DNA from: Macrostomum lignano | Lineage: Eukaryota | Assembly (NCBI GenBank): GCA_002269645.1 | Contig: NIVC01000416.1 | Span: 372,001 to 436,000, forward strand | DNA: 64,000 bases | Reading direction: 5' to 3' | In this document: piece after piece, positions 61,999 to 64,000 of the stretch | Position numbering within the stretch: the stretch's first letter is position 1 | How the letters are laid out: every line of letters begins with the position of its first letter | Program-made: the position numbers and the translations under genes | Notes under the pieces: generated by a model | Database searches by the model: none | What the model was told of the DNA's origin: nothing | The model's input: only the letters and a program-made list of their open reading frames with translations

Positions 61999-62367
61999 AT
62001 GCCTTCAATCTTGATCGGAGGAGCTTTACCGGTATTTTCCGGTGCACAGCGCGGCAACGGCCTGTTTGGCAGCATTGCCCGATTTGCCCTGCCAATTTTA
62101 AAGAGTTTTGGCAAAAATATTCTTCGCCACGGAACACGAGCCCTAGCTACAACAGTTAGCGACACACTCGATCAAGGCGGGAACTTGAAAGAAGCGGCAT
62201 TGCGTAACTCTGTCCAGGCAGCTAAAGATGCTTTCAAGGACACAGTCGCACAACGAGGTAGCGGCAGACAAAGACGAAGAAAGATGACTAACAAAAAAAC
62301 GAGAAAAAGACTGCAGCATTCTGATATTTTCGACTCTATAAATAAAAAAACCCGTGCCAATAACTGA
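61999..62367 (+). CDS. Basic core protein (pVII-like / 'Cupiennin'-type Polinton protein)
   Basis: QRGNGLFGSIARFALPILK...QRGSGRQRRRK...SDIF pattern; 122 aa. Confidence 0.8.
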   Translation: MPSILIGGALPVFSGAQRGNGLFGSIARFALPILKSFGKNILRHGTRALATTVSDTLDQGGNLKEAALRNSVQAAKDAFKDTVAQRGSGRQRRRKMTNKKTRKRLQHSDIFDSINKKTRANN

Positions 62368-62410
62368 TCTGTCTATTAGAGCACCACACTAAGCCGCTGT
62401 TGAATGAAAA

Positions 62411-63694
62411 ATGACTGAGTGCCTGTGTACAAAGTCGGAATTCGAGCTTTTTGCTCCTCGCGCACACCAAATTGCTGCAATTAGCGCCACCACTGAAGAA
62501 GTTCACCCTGTTGCCAGTGTTGAAAATGCCAGCGTGGTCGAATTTAGGATTGTTGGTGGTGAGACGTTTATCGATCTTAACGACATTGACCTCGAGATTA
62601 AGGCCCGCGTTAAGCAGTCTAATGGTACAAATCTTGCTGCTGATTCGAATGTTGCGCCGGTCAATTACGTCCTTGAAAGCATGTTTAAAAACGTCACGTT
62701 GACAATCAACGGGACACACGTAGAGTCGAGCAATAACAACCACGCTTACAAGGCCTATATTCTCACGTGTTTGAATTACGGACACGATTCAAAAACTAAT
62801 CAACTGAGAATGATGGGCTACGCAAAGGACGCTGGAGGTCAAATGGCTGTGGTTGGAAATCCTGGCTTTGTAGCCCGCAAGGCGATGGCGGCAAACTCAC
62901 GCACCTTTCACCTTTATGGACCTCTTAGTTTAGACTTTTTTGTTACCAACGACCGAATGCTACTGCCATACACTGATATGGTAATTACGCTGACCATGCA
63001 CAATTCCGGCTTCGTTCTGGAAAACCACGCGGACGGGGTTGATGCGCGGCTAGTACTCGAGAGTGCCAAACTACATGTGCGCCGCGTCAAGGCAAACCCC
63101 CAATTGGCATTGGAGATTGAAGAACAACTAGGCAAACAGAATGCAATCTATCCGATTGAGCGACTTGTTGTGCACAATACTTCAGTGGCTGGCGGTGTTC
63201 GGGACATGTCAATCAATAATATATTTCCTGAACAAAAGCCTAAACTAGTGGTTGTTGGCATGGTGAACAGCGGCGCATACAACGGTGTGGCTACACATAA
63301 CCCGTTTAATTTTGAACCGTTTGGTGCCGACAGTGTCGCTCTGTATAAGGACGGAGTCAGTCTGTGTGGACAACCGTTTACTCCTCGATTCGGTGTTCAT
63401 AACTATGCTCGCGAGTATGCCATGCTACTAAAAAGCCTAGGAAAGATGAATCGGGACCTGGATATTGACGTATCATATTCCGACTATGGAGCTGGCTACT
63501 GCTTCTTCGCCTGGAATCTCATGCCCGACATGGAGCTGGGCGGGCATAGCATGCCTCGCGAGCGAGGGAATCTGACGCTACAAATAAAGTTTTCTGCTGC
63601 CTTGGCCGCAGGAATCAACGTGTTGGTGTTTGGCTACTTTGACAATACTGTGCAAATCACTCGCGGTCATCAGGTTATTCTAGACTGCGTGTAG
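62411..63694 (+). CDS. Major capsid protein (double jelly-roll, hexon-like)
   Basis: Intact 427 aa; CTKSEFELF, FIDLNDIDL, NNHAYKAYILTCLNYG, PFNFEPF, YGAGYCFFAWNLMPD, GNLTLQIKFSAAL. Confidence 0.93.
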   Translation: MTECLCTKSEFELFAPRAHQIAAISATTEEVHPVASVENASVVEFRIVGGETFIDLNDIDLEIKARVKQSNGTNLAADSNVAPVNYVLESMFKNVTLTINGTHVESSNNNHAYKAYILTCLNYGHDSKTNQLRMMGYAKDAGGQMAVVGNPGFVARKAMAANSRTFHLYGPLSLDFFVTNDRMLLPYTDMVITLTMHNSGFVLENHADGVDARLVLESAKLHVRRVKANPQLALEIEEQLGKQNAIYPIERLVVHNTSVAGGVRDMSINNIFPEQKPKLVVVGMVNSGAYNGVATHNPFNFEPFGADSVALYKDGVSLCGQPFTPRFGVHNYAREYAMLLKSLGKMNRDLDIDVSYSDYGAGYCFFAWNLMPDMELGGHSMPRERGNLTLQIKFSAALAAGINVLVFGYFDNTVQITRGHQVILDCV

Positions 63695-63744
63695 AAACAA
63701 ACATCTCTTTTTTATTCTCGAATAACGACCATATTCATGCCGAT

Positions 63745-64000
63745 ATGAATAGTCTAGATATATTAGAACGTCTAATACTACCTGTCCCTGTTTGAGTAAC
63801 ACCAGTTGACAGGATTCCGCAGCCTGTTTATCCTGCTGCATACGTGATTAACTTTGACACTGGCAATCTACCAGGCACTCACTGGGCTTTAATTTGTCTT
63901 CATGCCGATGAGAGCGTGACATTTTTTGACCCCTTGTGTATCGATCCTGTGCCAGATTTATTAAAGTTGTGGATCACAAAGTATGTCCCTGTGGAGGTGG
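63745..64000 (+). pseudogene. Adenain-like cysteine protease, 5' part, with in-frame TGA at 63793-63795
   Basis: MNSLDILERLILPVPV*VTPVDRIPQPVYPAAYVINFDTGNLPGTHWALICLHADESVTFFDPL; catalytic His (GTHW) and FFDP present; runs off the window. Confidence 0.85.

Larger units (their letters stand above)
55569..64000 (+). mobile_element. Endogenous Polinton/Maverick (adintovirus-like) element, left part
   Basis: Co-oriented, intronless, compact gene set: rve integrase, penton, major capsid protein, adenain, GasderminX-like and core proteins; terminal repeat array at 55640-55900. Left boundary is approximate; pPolB and ATPase are not in the window. Confidence 0.93.

Noticed and set aside
57991-63795. 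TGA recoding (Trp or Sec) to explain two in-frame TGAs
   Set aside because: TGA is the apparent true stop of the integrase and core-protein genes, Trp is encoded by TGG throughout, and the aligned residues are Arg and Gly, so point mutations are simpler.

Overview
Repeat-rich animal genomic DNA. The GC-rich exons and satellite-filled introns resemble a Macrostomum-type flatworm, but the host is only an inference. Host genes reconstructed by hand from splice sites and reading phase: an 8-exon 5' part of a copine (minus, 1237-11313, continuing off the left edge), intronless SNRNP25 (minus), a 3-exon divergent CAPZB (minus), a 2-exon GOLPH3 (plus), a possible lone protein-kinase exon, and an unidentified multi-exon gene (plus, about 53609-55036). 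Roughly 30 different micro/minisatellites, two tRNA-derived SINE copies, hAT-type MITEs and a LINE relic fill introns and intergenic space. From about 55570 to the right edge lies the left part of an endogenous Polinton/Maverick (adintovirus-like) element: terminal repeat array, accessory genes, GasderminX-like and core proteins, rve integrase with chromodomain, penton (frameshifted), major capsid protein and adenain protease (in-frame stop). The most notable observation is a divergent TATA-binding-protein-like gene inside the element (57916-58413, mostly missed by the ORF track because of one in-frame TGA). It sits next to a putative OB-fold ssDNA-binding protein, and an exact TATAAATA box precedes almost every viral gene. 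This suggests an element-encoded promoter-recognition system. All protein assignments are by-eye motif matches, not database searches.
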